NCBI GenBank assembly: GCA_030390025.1
Contig: CM059433.1
Coordinates: 14,262,001 to 14,326,000 of the forward strand
Reading direction: 5' to 3'
Length of the DNA: 64,000 nucleotides
DNA from: Squalus acanthias
Lineage: Eukaryota
Shown here: piece by piece, positions 26,301 to 38,035 of the stretch
Numbering within the stretch: the first letter of the stretch is position 1
Layout of the letters: every line of letters starts with the position of its first letter
Made by a program: the position numbers and the translations under genes
The notes under the pieces: model-generated
Databases searched by the model: none
Told to the model about the DNA's origin: nothing
The model's input: only the letters and a program-made list of their open reading frames with translations

Positions 26301-26805
26301 CGCCACAATTCTGCAGTAGCAGTAGCTAAAATGTGACTTGTTTATTTTGTACTGATTTTACTGCAAATGGGTCACAGAGAATATTTGAGCTAAATCATGT
26401 AACATAGTGAAATTATCGTCAGATTAGGCTAATGAGTCAAAAATGATAATGGTACGAATCTGCTATATTATTTGCTCAATATTGCAGTTCAAACATATTT
26501 ACTGGGAAGTGAAATGCTTGGGATACCTTGAGGATGCAATAATATACAATGTAATTGCAATTTCATTCAGCCACTTTTGAAAGAAGTTAGTTAACTGGTT
26601 TTGCTAGTAATTTATTCCATTCCATTCTGCAGAAACAAAACTCTAGTCTTGCTTGCTAATTTTGTTATCATGCCTCCTGGTTCCATCACCACTGTTTTAG
26701 AATGCTTGCATTTACATGATCTATTTCTGTGAGCATTTTGAAGACCTGAATCATGTCGCCACTCAATCCCCTGCAGTAAAAATAAGTTTGGTTCCGAATC
26801 TCACT

Positions 26806-26910
26806 TAGAAACATAGAAACTAGGAGCAGGAGTAGGCCATTCGAGCCTGCTCCACCATTCAATACGATCATGGCTGATCATCCAAATCCAGTACCCTGTC
26901 CCTGCTTTCT
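26806..26910 (-). mobile_element. CR1 3' tail
   Basis: AGAAACATAGAAACTAGGAGCAGGAGTAGGCCATT. Confidence 0.8.
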
Positions 26911-26912
26911 CA

Positions 26913-27260
26913 CACAGAATCCCCACAGTACAGATAGAGGCCATCTCGGCCCATCGAGCCTGCACCTATCCCACCCTATCCCCGTAACCCCACGTATTTA
27001 ATTCCCCCTCACATATCCCATCCTATCCCCGTAACCCCGCATATTTAATCCCCCCCTAACACTAAGGGTCAATTTATCATAGCCAAATCAACCTAACCCG
27101 CACATCTTTGGACTGTGGGAGAAAACCGGAGCACCCGGAGGAAACCCACGCAAACACGGGGAGAATGTGCAAACTCCACACAGACAGTCACCCGAGACCA
27201 GATTTGAACCCGGGTCCCTGGCGCTGTGAGGCACCAGTGCTAACCACTATGCCACCGTGT
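26913..27260 (-). mobile_element. V-SINE (HE1-like)
   Basis: V-domain GGTTTCCTCCGGGTGCTCCGGTTTTCTCCCACAGTCCAAAGA on the minus strand; tRNA head with A/B boxes at 27200-27260. Confidence 0.88.
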
Positions 27261-27364
27261 CATAACTAATCAGACTCGACTCTGAACTCTCTTCAATGCG
27301 TCAATAATCCTTTCAATTGACAAAAGTCTTTTGAAAATGTGGCCTCATCCATTAGTTATACAGG

Positions 27365-27533
27365 GGGGCAAAATTCAACTTTGGCTGCCAATTATACACC
27401 TTGCCCGACTTTCCTGTCCATTGTCTTCAATTGTAGGGCAAATTGGGTAGCGTGTATAATGGGCAGTTGATCCGATATCCACCCCCGTACCCCTGCCCCG
27501 TTTTATAGTCCTGCCAAAGTTGAATTTTACCTC
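27365..27533. mobile_element. Short MITE
   Basis: 21-bp TIR GGGGCAAAATTCAACTTTGGC / GCCAAAGTTGAATTTTACCTC. Confidence 0.75.
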
Positions 27534-27653
27534 AAGAGTTAGAATGCCCTTAAGAGGCATCCCAGTGTTCTTCGAATCTCATCTACAGCTGACCTTTTGT
27601 ATAACTTTATTTGCTCAATATAGACCGTGAATACTTATAATGGAAAGATTTAA

Positions 27654-28372
27654 GTGGGAAAAATTGGGTGGGGGCGTAAACTTCGCTGGGGCGCTAAAAG
27701 TAGTGCCCCGAAAAAATTAGCACCCCCGCGCCGGAAATTCACTGGTAGCACCCCAAGAGGGAGGCGGGGCACTACTGGAAGCATCCCGCCTCCCTCTTGG
27801 GGCGCTGCGAGTGAATATCACGGCGCTACGTGCCGCAGCATACGTCGCGCTGCGGTACTGCAGGCCGTCCTCCCCTTATTAAAGGGAGGGGCCTAGCGCA
27901 GCACGACCTGGGGCCCAGCTGGACCACCAGGGATCGGAGTGCCGGCAAAAGAGCCCGGCACTCAAGAGAAGTGCCGGGCTCACGGAGCACAGCCAGCATC
28001 CCGTAGGGGGGCTGCACAGGAGGCCGGGGACAGCAGCGGGGGCAGGTGCTGGCAGGCAGCCAGCAACAAAAATGGCCTCCTGGCACCTCCCCTTTAATTT
28101 GCGCTGCCCCGGCTGCAGGTAGGCCCCCTTGACCCTGTCGGACATAGCGTTCGACGTTAAGTCAGGGGCCGCTACCGAAGATCGCAGCCGGGGCGCGAGC
28201 GGGACGTTGCGCATGGCGATGATGTCATCGCCGGAGGCGCAGCGCCGTGGGGCACTAATGGTTACCGCCGCCGCTAACCTCCCGCTGAATTTCGTGGGAG
28301 GCGTTGGTGGCGCCGCGCCCAGGCGTTAACGGGGCGCAAACGGGAGGCGCAAATCAACCAAATTTTTCCCCC
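27654..28372. mobile_element. Young CpG-rich Harbinger-type MITE
   Basis: TIR G(T)GGGAAAAATT / AATTTTTCCCCC; TSD TAA; same family as 29482-29870 and 36661-37341. Confidence 0.88.
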
Positions 28373-28845
28373 TAAGTCTTTCCAATACATGAAAAATAAA
28401 CATCTGTCTGTAGAGTTCTGTAAGTTACCCATAGTCAAAACAATTATGCATTAGTTTAGTAAGTTTATGAAAGATGTGTAAATTGCAAATCTCAAACCAT
28501 CGGTGCTCATGAAGTGTTATAAACAGATCCACAACAGTTCGATAATGAAAGTGTATCAATGACACTCAATAAAACTGTCTTGAATTTGAAATACCCAGTT
28601 ACTATTGTAATCATTCTGTGTTATTCGCTCTTCCTACCAAACACAAGCAAATACCCAAACAATCAAAGTCACTATAGTTCCAAACTCCACAGCATAACTG
28701 GCCGAAACTTCAAATAGTTTACTGAGTTGAGCGGCTTGATTTATTTAATCAAAAAAAGGTGACAAAGCAATTTGCTGTTGCAATCGATCAGCACTTGGAA
28801 ACCGAGAATCATAGTCAACTGATTCAAACCAAATTGTCTCTTAAG

Positions 28846-29031
28846 TAAAATAAAAACAGAAAATGCTGGAAATACTCAGTAGGTCAGGCAGCATCTGTGG
28901 AGAGAGAAACAGAGTTAACGTTTCAGGTCGATGACCCTTCGTCAGAACTGGAAAAAGTTGGAGATGGAACAGGTTTTTAAGCAAGTGTAGGGGCCGGGAA
29001 AGGGGGGAGGGAAAGGGGGGAGGGAAAGGGG
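28846..29031 (-). mobile_element. Penelope-like terminal repeat running into the assembly gap
   Basis: Reverse complement of the 25250-25420 terminus. Confidence 0.88.
28913..28949 (-). ncRNA. Minimal type I hammerhead ribozyme motif, best-preserved copy
   Basis: AGUU-CUGACGA-A-GGGUC/AUC/GACCU-GAAAC-GUU-AACU: core boxes, 5-bp stem II, palindromic AACGUU stem III, 4-bp stem I. Confidence 0.65.
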
Positions 29032-29481
29032 NNNNNNNNNNNNNNNNNNNNNNNNNNNNNNNNNNNNNNNNNNNNNNNNNNNNNNNNNNNNNNNNNNNNN
29101 NNNNNNNNNNNNNNNNNNNNNNNNNNNNNNNNNNNNNNNNNNNNNNNNNNNNNNNNNNNNNNNNNNNNNNNNNNNNNNNNNNNNNNNNNNNNNNNNNNNN
29201 NNNNNNNNNNNNNNNNNNNNNNNNNNNNNNNNNNNNNNNNNNNNNNNNNNNNNNNNNNNNNNNNNNNNNNNNNNNNNNNNNNNNNNNNNNNNNNNNNNNN
29301 NNNNNNNNNNNNNNNNNNNNNNNNNNNNNNNNNNNNNNNNNNNNNNNNNNNNNNNNNNNNNNNNNNNNNNNNNNNNNNNNNNNNNNNNNNNNNNNNNNNN
29401 NNNNNNNNNNNNNNNNNNNNNNNNNNNNNNNNNNNNNNNNNNNNNNNNNNNNNNNNNNNNNNNNNNNNNNNNNNNNNNNNN
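29032..29481. other. Assembly gap (450 N)
   Basis: Run of n. Confidence 1.
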
Positions 29482-29870
29482 GGGCTTCACGGGGGCCGGG
29501 GACAGCAACGGGGGCAGGTGCTGGCAGGCGGCCAGCAACAAAAATGGCCGCCTGCCACCTCCCCTTTAAATATCGCCGCCCCGGCCGCACGTACGCCCCC
29601 CTGAACCCGTCGGACATAGCGTCTGGCGGTAAATCAGGGGGCGCGACTGAAGATCACGGCCGGGGCGCGAGCGGGGCGCTGCGCACGGCGATGACGTCAT
29701 CGCCGGCGGCGCAGCGCCACAGGGCGCTACCGGCTGCCGCCGCCGCTAACCTCCCACTAAATTTTTCGGGAGGCGTGGGCGGCGCTGCGCCCGGGCGTTA
29801 GCTGCTTTACGCCCCATTAGCGCCCATTTAAGGCGCTAACGGGAGGCGCAAGCAGCTGAATTTTTCCCCC
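29482..29870. mobile_element. Right half of the CpG-rich MITE (27654 family)
   Basis: High similarity to 28010-28372; ends AATTTTTCCCCC. Confidence 0.85.
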
Positions 29871-29904
29871 AAAGTCTGCAATTCTGTGTCCAACATGAAA
29901 TGAG

Positions 29905-30150
29905 ACTGAAACAACAACAGAAAACGCCAGGCAACATCCGTGGAGCGAGAAACAGAGTTAACGTTTCAGGTCGAATCCCTTCGTCAGAACTGAGAAAAAA
30001 GCAGGAAATGAAACAGATAAAAAAGCAAGGGGGAGGCTGGGGGGAGGAATGAAAGAACAAAAAGGGTGGTCTATGGTAAGTAGAGACATTAAGAGATGCT
30101 CAAGGCAAGACGAGATGGTAATAGGACAGGTTAAGAAACAAAAGGTGGCT
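29905..30150 (-). mobile_element. Penelope-like terminus with hammerhead motif at 29956-29991
   Basis: rc AGTTCTGACGAAGGGATTCGACCTGAAACGTTAACT. Confidence 0.75.
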
Positions 30151-31459
30151 CAGAAGTGTGAAGTGTGAAATGCTGGCAGAATGAGAGACAGCTGCAGTGG
30201 GGGGAGAGAGAGAAAAAAGGGAAAAGGCACAAACCAAAATGTGTGTATATATATATATATATATATATGAAATGAGACTGGTCAGGCTCAACTCAATCCC
30301 TAACAGGTGCTGGACACAACATAGAAAAGCTTGTAATCGCGCACAAAAAGTGTTTGATGTGGGAAATGGAGATGGAGCTGAAACTTGAGCTATCACAGTG
30401 GAGTTGCGTAATTAAGGAGGGTTTGGGTAAGAATTGCAGAAGACTTCCTCAGTTTGGTATTTTTCGGGAAATCTCAAACCTATTCTATGTTTAGAAGTTC
30501 AATGGAGGAAATCTTCATCGACATAATTATGATGTAGCTTCAAGCACGACTCTCAACTGAGTCCATGCAGGCTGTGACCACAGCCGTGCAGACTTTGGAT
30601 GCCAACACATCTGCAGCCTTAAACAGGATGACAGATGCCTTCTCCATGACCTTATAACACGTCACTGAACTTCATCAAGCTGGTCTGCAGCAGAGTGGTA
30701 GGAGTGATGTGGCACTGGCCTAGGAGAGGGATGATGGCACAAGGGGACATGGAAGTGGGAACTCCACTCAAAGCTCTCCCACTTCTCACCCGTTGCCCCC
30801 CCCCCCTCAGCCAGTACCCCACATGCTGCCTTACCTCCCAATGGCCGAGTCTGCCGCTGCACAGGTGCAGGTGGAGCATTCTTTCGCTGGGCTCTCAGGG
30901 GCTCCGAAACCCAGAGGGCGTCGGCCAAAGGTATCTCAGAAGTCGAGGCAAGGATCTGAGCAGCGTGAATCTGACTTTGCTGAAGCCAGAGGGGTTGCAC
31001 CACGTAGAAGCGGTAGGAACCTCAGCAATGAGGCGCAGGAGCGCTACAATGAGAGCCACGTGACCACTAGGTGTATCGTCGAGCAATTTATTACTGTCGC
31101 AATAATTAACTGAACCTTCTAGCTATGAGGGCATCCCGGATAGCAATTGTAATTCACCAAGGGTATTCAAACATGGGTGTTTGACAAAATAATGCGTTGT
31201 TAAGTTTCCTTTTTTTATAATGCCACATAAAATTTATTGATTAGCACCACTTCCACATCTTCCCCATTATTGCATCCCGAGTGCCAACTCGCCCTTTCAC
31301 ATGTTTCGTGATGAATGTCAATACATGCCAGGACCCATTGGGCGGATGTACAATGGGTATATGTGTAGTTGAAGGACTGTTTCGTGCAAAGGGAGGAGTG
31401 GAGGGGAAGGGTTGGTGCGGGTGGTGGCTTTCATTTGCTATTTGTTACTGTCGCAATAA

Positions 31460-32581
31460 TTAACTGAACCTTCTAGCTATGAGGGCATCCCGGATAGCAA
31501 TATCTGTGGCTGGTCTGGCGATGGGTGCCCCATCTTCATATTCCTCCTCATCCAAAGATGCCTGATGAGCGCCTTTGTCCTCCTCCACCTGTAATCTCCA
31601 ACGCTGCGCAATATTGTGCAGAACACAGCACACCGATATTACACCCTCCCTGGCGAGCACCGAAGGGCACCTCCAGACCTATCGAGGCCCCTGAAGCGCA
31701 TCTTCAACATTCCGATGGCTTGCTCGACGACACACCTAGAGGTCACGTGGCTCTCATTGTAGCGCTCCTGCGCCTCGTTGCTGGGGTTCCTCACAGATGC
31801 CACGAGCCAAGTTGGAAGCTCTTAGGTCTGCTTCCTGGAACGAAAAGGTCCGGAATATTGTACTGCCGCAGTGTGAATGCATCACCACAGCTCCCAGGGA
31901 ATCTGGCGCACACCTGCATGAATCTCTTCTTGTGCTGGCACACCATCTGCGCATTGATGGGAGAATATCTCTTGCAGTTTTTAAATATTAAAAACACCTG
32001 GTTGCTGTGGTGGTGCTCGGATTGCCACGTGTGTGCAATCGATGGCACCCTGTACCTGTGAGAATCCAACCAGAGGGGCGAATTTGAGTGTCCGCTCATT
32101 CTGCCTATTGTCATCACAGAGGAAGCTTACATAGCTCCCATCCCTGGCAAACAATCCATCTGTCCCCTGCCTTATGCATTTATATGCAGCGGACTGCAAG
32201 ACCTCAATATGTCTCCGGTAGCACCCTGGAAGGAACCAGAGGCAAAAAAATTAATGGCGGCGGTGACGCGTGGCCACCAGGTCCAGCAGGGAGGAGGTCT
32301 TCCGGGAGGCTGCAGATGTCTGCGACAATTTCAACCTGCAGAAGTGCTGCTCTTCCAAGAGGTAAAGGAAGCTGAGCCTCTGTCTGTAAACCCCGTTACT
32401 TGGGTAGTGCCTCCTGTGACTGTAGCCCCCCTGTGGGTCTCCTCTCTCCTGTACACCTCTCTCCTGTGCACCGCCCTCTTGTGCACCTGCTGATCCCACC
32501 ACTGCATGTTGTCATTGTTGTGGATGGTAATTCTCTTCCTCTTCTGATGTAGTGACAGAAAACATCCATGGTGCCTCCCAT
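31460..32581 (-). pseudogene. Harbinger (HARBI1-like) DDE transposase, frameshifted
   Basis: FFASGSFQ, GAIDCTHVAI, INAQMVC, ARFPGS, RYNESH..RCVVEQAIGMLKMRFR.L, CCVLHN; the GD.GY motif is deleted. Confidence 0.9.
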
Positions 32582-32690
32582 TCTGCTGGTATCTGTTTGA
32601 TTGCTTTCAAACTTCTCCAAAACCTTTATGCTGACAAGAATGCTCTGTTAAACAGAAGGAACTGACAAAGCAGCTGTAAGAAATGAGCCT

Positions 32691-33225
32691 TGTAAGATAC
32701 CCTAGTTGTGTATAGATATATAGGTGGGGTTAGGATTTGGTTTACTCTCATACGATTAAGGTTTTTGCTTTCTTTTTACTTATAAATGACTTGTGGATTG
32801 GTACTGCGGCTAGAAATAATGAAATGGTTAAAGTTGTTCATTCCCAGAATGCTTTAGGGTTTAATGAGTCAGGGTACAATTTCGCTGACTGTGCTATGTA
32901 GCTTCTGCCAGAAATGCAGGATGTGCGATTCGTACCTGCTGATTTCTTTTTGTCCCCACATTGTGAAATGAGAGAGCCAAGATAGTCTTGAGATAAGGAA
33001 CCAGACAATGGGGCTAAGATGATTAGTTACATGCTTAATGGTAAACAGATTGGCCATCTGGAAGTTTTGTAGGGACTACCTCATTTCTGGGGTCTTGCTC
33101 ACAATAACTACTATCAGGACATAATGTATCATCTAGGACAGTGTGCGTGACTAGAGCTCTATAAAGATCTTGAGCTTTCCTTCATGTTGCAACCATATTT
33201 GGTGTCGGATTTGAATGTTCTTACA
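32691..33225. mobile_element. Solo LTR (535 bp)
   Basis: TG...CA with inverted termini TGTAAGA/TCTTACA and 4-bp TSD GCCT. Confidence 0.75.
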
Positions 33226-34489
33226 GCCTTTATTGAGTTTGGGCAATCTGAAGTTGAAGGACCCCTATGTACTGCACTTGAAACTCCTTTTCATTGGTGA
33301 GTTTCCTGAGCCCCGGGAAACCCATGCTGGAGGCATTAAATCCCAAGGAAAGTTAAACTCCTGTCAAAAGCCCCTCATTTGCATGTAATTCTGAGGTTAA
33401 ACGGTGTCTTCATTGCTCACCCGCCTGCGCTGATGAACCCGCTGACGCCAGCGAGAAGGTTACTCACACGTAGTCAAACAAGCCTCAGTTAAACCCGGAA
33501 GTGGCCGCGTTGGAGTCGGAGTGTGGTTGCGCTTCATTTCTCTCTGATTTTAAGTAAACACTCGACCCCAACCCACCCTTTCTGGCATGTTAAAATTCCT
33601 CCCGCGTCATACTTCAGCTTTGCAACAACCTTTTGTGTAGCCTAGGTGGTGCCAGTAGTCTAGGGCTAATATCATAAAACTATTTTCTTTGAAGTATTCA
33701 TGAGGACTGCATCTGTGAAATGTCAAAAGTCAGGGTATGTGAAACCATTTGGTCCTCACTATTCAAAATTTAAATGTCAAATAACTATTCAGTTAGACAG
33801 GTCAAAATTGAAAGTATCCCGTTTTGCACTTGAGATGTTTATCAATGCTTTAAAAATGTCAGTTAGATTTGTTAAGGGCTCTGCCACACTGTATAAATAA
33901 CCAATGAGACGAAATAAAGTAGAAGGGTCTCCATTTCAGCACAATTTCTATATTTATTAAATGTCATAAATTAGGTTTACATAACTTATTTTTCACAGTC
34001 TCGCCTTCGCAAAGGCAGAAAGACTTCTAGAGTGAGAAGCATTATTTAGAGGAAATTATGTTTTGCCTACGGAACAACTGTCACTGTCCTTCAGAAGTAA
34101 TTCATTATGCAAAGCGCTTGAAGGCACTTTGATATGATAAGGATACGTGCAAATATTATCATAATTGCCATTATAGGAGAATTAATTTAAAGGCTGTCAG
34201 TACATCAGAGAGTAACTTTTGTAAGAATTGATGGAACGTTGAAAGATTTCAAAGGGTTTAATTTACTCTCAGCATGCTGAGAGGGTTAAATAAGAATAAT
34301 TTGTAACTCCTGTCAGACTGCATTGCCAGTTGCACCTAATGTTACGTAATGGAATATCTTTGAGCTATATTGCATTAGTGCTAACACAGAACAGAGCCAA
34401 AAAATCCGATCACACATGCTGTATAATTAGTCGATGTTTGACCAATAATGTTGGTGCATAAGGGGTATAAATAGTAAAAGAAAGACTGA

Positions 34490-34915
34490 AAGAAAGACAA
34501 GCATTTCTGTAGCGCCTTTCACGACCACCGGACGTCTCAAAACGCTTTACAGCCAATTAAGTACTTTTGGAGTGTAGTCACTGTTGTAATGTGGGAAATA
34601 CAGCAGCCAATTTGCACACAGCAAGGTCCCACAAACAGCAATGTGATAATGGCCAGATAATCTGTTTTTTGTTATGTTGATTGAGGGATAAATATTGGCC
34701 AGGACACCAGGGATAACTCCCCTACTCTTCTTCGAAATAGTGCCATGGGATCTTTTACATCCACCTGAGAGAGCAGATGGGGCCTCGGTTTAACGTCGCT
34801 CCCTCAGCACTGCACTGGAGTGTCCCCTAGCTTTATGTGCTCAAGTCTCTGGAGTGGGACTTGAACCCACAACCTTCTGACTCAGGCGAGGGTGCTACCC
34901 ACTGAGCCACAGCTG
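34490..34915 (-). mobile_element. Deu-domain SINE
   Basis: Reverse complement of 25830-26300 with a small internal deletion. Confidence 0.9.
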
Positions 34916-35479
34916 GCCATAAAGTAATAAAAAATGAGTAAGAAAAAATAGCTATGGAGTGAGGACATCTGAAACATTATGGAGCCAGCAGGTTGCAGAA
35001 AGGTAATGTTTACTGGCCATTTCCTGCAGATTCTAGCCAACAGCATGAGGCAAAACAAGAATGCCTTTTACGGGTTTGAAGAGGATCCAATGAATTAGCC
35101 TCCAAGAACTGCCACAGCCACTCTCCAAGTGCCCTCCAGGGACTGCCCTCCAGGCCGGGAGTTCCTGTTTTAATTATACCAATGACCCCAAGACTAAAAC
35201 ACTGGCAGTGTCAGGGGAGAAATCGTGCTCTGACAAAGTTGCAGCCCAATTGTGCAAGAATGCAGTAACTGGACCAGCATTTTTAGTCAAAGTAAAATTG
35301 AATTAGTAGTCAGTTCAGCTACTTTAAAATCAGTGTAGTAGTCCAGTAATGTGTGTTGTAGCCCAGATTAAGCCAATCTAATCACCTATCTAACAAATTT
35401 ACATTTGTAGTTTAGGGAGAAAAAAAAACCATATTTCAGCACTCGTTTTGATCACATTAAGTTAGTGCACTCATTCACT

Positions 35480-36243
35480 GACCCCAATATTAACGGGGAA
35501 GGTGCAGGGGAGGTCATAATCGGCCAAAGAATCCGGCAAGACCGGGGACATGGAGGCCCTGCCAATCTTAATGACAGGGCCTCATTTAAATAAAATGCTG
35601 CACTCTCCCGCTCGGCAGCCAATCAGATTGACAGCCTGGGCGGGTGGCGGGAGCGCAAACAGGCGGCAGGAGGCCTCAGTCGTGGGGACATTCCCAGCAG
35701 TTAGTGGGGAGGGAAAGCTCGGGGCCAAGAACGTGAGGGTTGTGGGGGTGGGGGGGCGGGGTGGGTGGTGGAGGGCTGTAAACAGAGCTGCGATCGGGGC
35801 CCAGGGGTGCGGGGGCTGTCCGCGATCGGGGCTGGGGGAGGTCTTGCAGTAATTGGGGGTAAGTGGGGGGGGGTGTTTCGAGGAAGGCCCAAGGCTTTTT
35901 TTGAAGCCCGGAGGAGCACTCCTGCCCCTCCTGTCCCACATAAAAAATCCTGAAAAATAAATTGGAACATCTACTGGGGCTCTTGTGGCCCAGGATCCAG
36001 CTCCCAGCCCTCAACCCCGCTCAGGCCTCAGATCAGATCAGATCAGATCCTGATGACATAATTGGACCCGACCTGCATATTTAAAACCTCGATTCCTTCC
36101 TGCGGGTGTCCTGCTCACCTGCCGAAAAGAGCAGGCTAATATGGGGACGTGGCGGGAAGGAAGCGGGATCGGAGGGGGTAAGTGAACTGCCCCACCCCAG
36201 CCTGCCCATTTTATGCCAGGAGAAGACAGTTAAAATCGGGGCC
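35480..36243. mobile_element. Harbinger-type MITE
   Basis: TIR GACCCCAATATTAAC / GTTAAAATCGGGGCC. Confidence 0.7.
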
Positions 36244-36559
36244 ATATACGTATCTGGGAGAATGTTCAATATGATGAAATGGGCAATTCGCTCATAACTT
36301 CTGAATTGTAAGTTAGGCTGATACTGGTGAATTTTAACTTTAGCTTTTAGTAATTCAGTACCTGACGTTGGAGTGTAAAAGGGTTGAGGTTAGTTTACGT
36401 TACATCTGATGAAAATTCAGAACAAGCTGGTGTGCTCATCCTGAATGCACATTAGGTGGCAACAGTGGAAAAAAAGTATTACAAAAATGCAGATGGAAGC
36501 AAACACTAAAAAATCTGAAATAAGCGGAAATGTGCGATGTGGGAAGCGAAATCAGAAAG

Positions 36560-37445
36560 AGAAATAAAAACATAAAATACTGGAAATAATCAGTGCGTCA
36601 GACAGCGTCTGTGGAGACGGACTGAGAGTTTCATGGGTCATCGATGACCTGAAATGTTTAGGGCTAAAAATTGAGTAGTGCCCCATTTGGGGCGCTAACT
36701 TCGCCCCGGAAAAATTAGCTCCCCCGCGCCGGAGATTGAGTGGTAGCGCCCCAAGAGGGAAGCGGGGCACTACTGGAAACGCCCTGCATCCCTCTTGGGG
36801 CACTGCGAAGGAATATCACGGCGCTACGTGCCGCGGTATTGCAGGCCTTCCTCCCCTTCTTAAAGCTGGGCCCCCGGGGATCGGGAGTGCCGGCAAAGGA
36901 GCCCGGCACTCAAGAGAAGTGCCGGGCTCTTGGAGCACAGCCGGCACTCTGCGAGGGGGGGCGTTTCAGGAGGCCGGGGACGGGAGCGCAGGCAGGTGCT
37001 GGCAGGCGGCCAACAACAAAAATGGCCGCCCCACACCTCGCCTTTAAATTGCGCCTCCCCGGCCGCAGGTAGGCCCCCCTGACCCCGTCGGACATAGCGT
37101 CCGGCGGTAAGTCAGGGGGCACTCCCGAAGTTTGCGGTCGGGGTGCAAGTGGGGCGCTGTGCACGGCGATGACATCATCGCCGGCGGCGGGGCGCTACTG
37201 GTTAGCGCCTGCCGCTAACCTCCTTGCTGAATTTCGCGGGAGGCGTGGGCGGCGCCGTGCCAGGGCGCAAGTTGCTTTGCGCCCCATTAGCGCCCTCTTA
37301 GGGCGCTAACAGGAGGCGCAAAGCAACCGAATTTTTACCCCTAACTCTGTTTCTCTCTCCACAGATGCTGCCTGACCTGTTGAGTATTTCCAGCATTTTC
37401 TGTTTTTATTTCAGATTGCCGGCATCTGCAGTATTTGGCTTTTGC
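36560..37445. mobile_element. Inverted pair of Penelope termini, interrupted by a MITE
   Basis: GACCTGAAATGT|MITE|TAACTCTGTTTCTCTCTCCACAGATGCTG; inverted partial copy at 36560-36630. Confidence 0.75.
36661..37341. mobile_element. CpG-rich Harbinger-type MITE (27654 family)
   Basis: TIR GGGCTAAAAATT / AATTTTTACCCC; flanks TTA/TAA. Confidence 0.88.
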
Positions 37446-37838
37446 CTGAATGTGAAACAGATTATCGTTTCAAGTAGGACCAACAAGTGGAAATGTATTT
37501 CTGTTGCAGATCCTGCCTGATCCACCATGTATTTCCTGTTTTGATTAAAACATAGCCAGTGACTCATTGGATAAACTAAAAAAATATTAAACCAAATTCA
37601 TACAATGTTGGTGGTCCATGCAATGTTGGATTCAGAGTGATTATAAGTTCTATTAATTCTAACAATTCAGTAATGTCACTGTTAATAAGATTTCTGCGCT
37701 ATGCATATAATTATAAATTTTGATATTGATATAATTGTGTTCCTAGGACTAATCATGCATTTACATTCCTTCTCTATCTCCCCCGCCCCCATCCTAACCT
37801 GAGTCACTATATTGACAAATACCCCAGGCACGTTCTAC

Positions 37839-38035
37839 CATGATAAAACAATTCTCGGCAGTGCAGCCTGAATCCCAAACAGAGAACGGCGATAAGCAGT
37901 TTTGACAGGCGACTGTACAGAAATATTCCCAGGTATATACGATTCAAAATATTGCTCCAAATCCCTTGGGCCTGTCTCTGATTTCTGTTTTTCCCTGATG
38001 TCTTGAGTGTAGCCAACCTTCTGCTCATTATTAAA
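37839..38035 (-). CDS. Candidate coding exon of an unidentified gene
   Basis: ctacag|TTT...TG|gtagaa; unique sequence, open in two frames; weak pyrimidine tract. Confidence 0.3.

Larger units (their letters stand above)
30530..33603. mobile_element. Decayed PIF/Harbinger transposon (convergent ORF remnant on +, transposase on -)
   Basis: Transposase motifs; plus-strand remnant ending KPRGRRPK..RRSGR; terminal-like TTAAAATTCCTCCC near 33600. Confidence 0.75.

Noticed and set aside
28841..29617. 258-aa and 199-aa ORFs
   Set aside because: Artefacts of reading through the N gap
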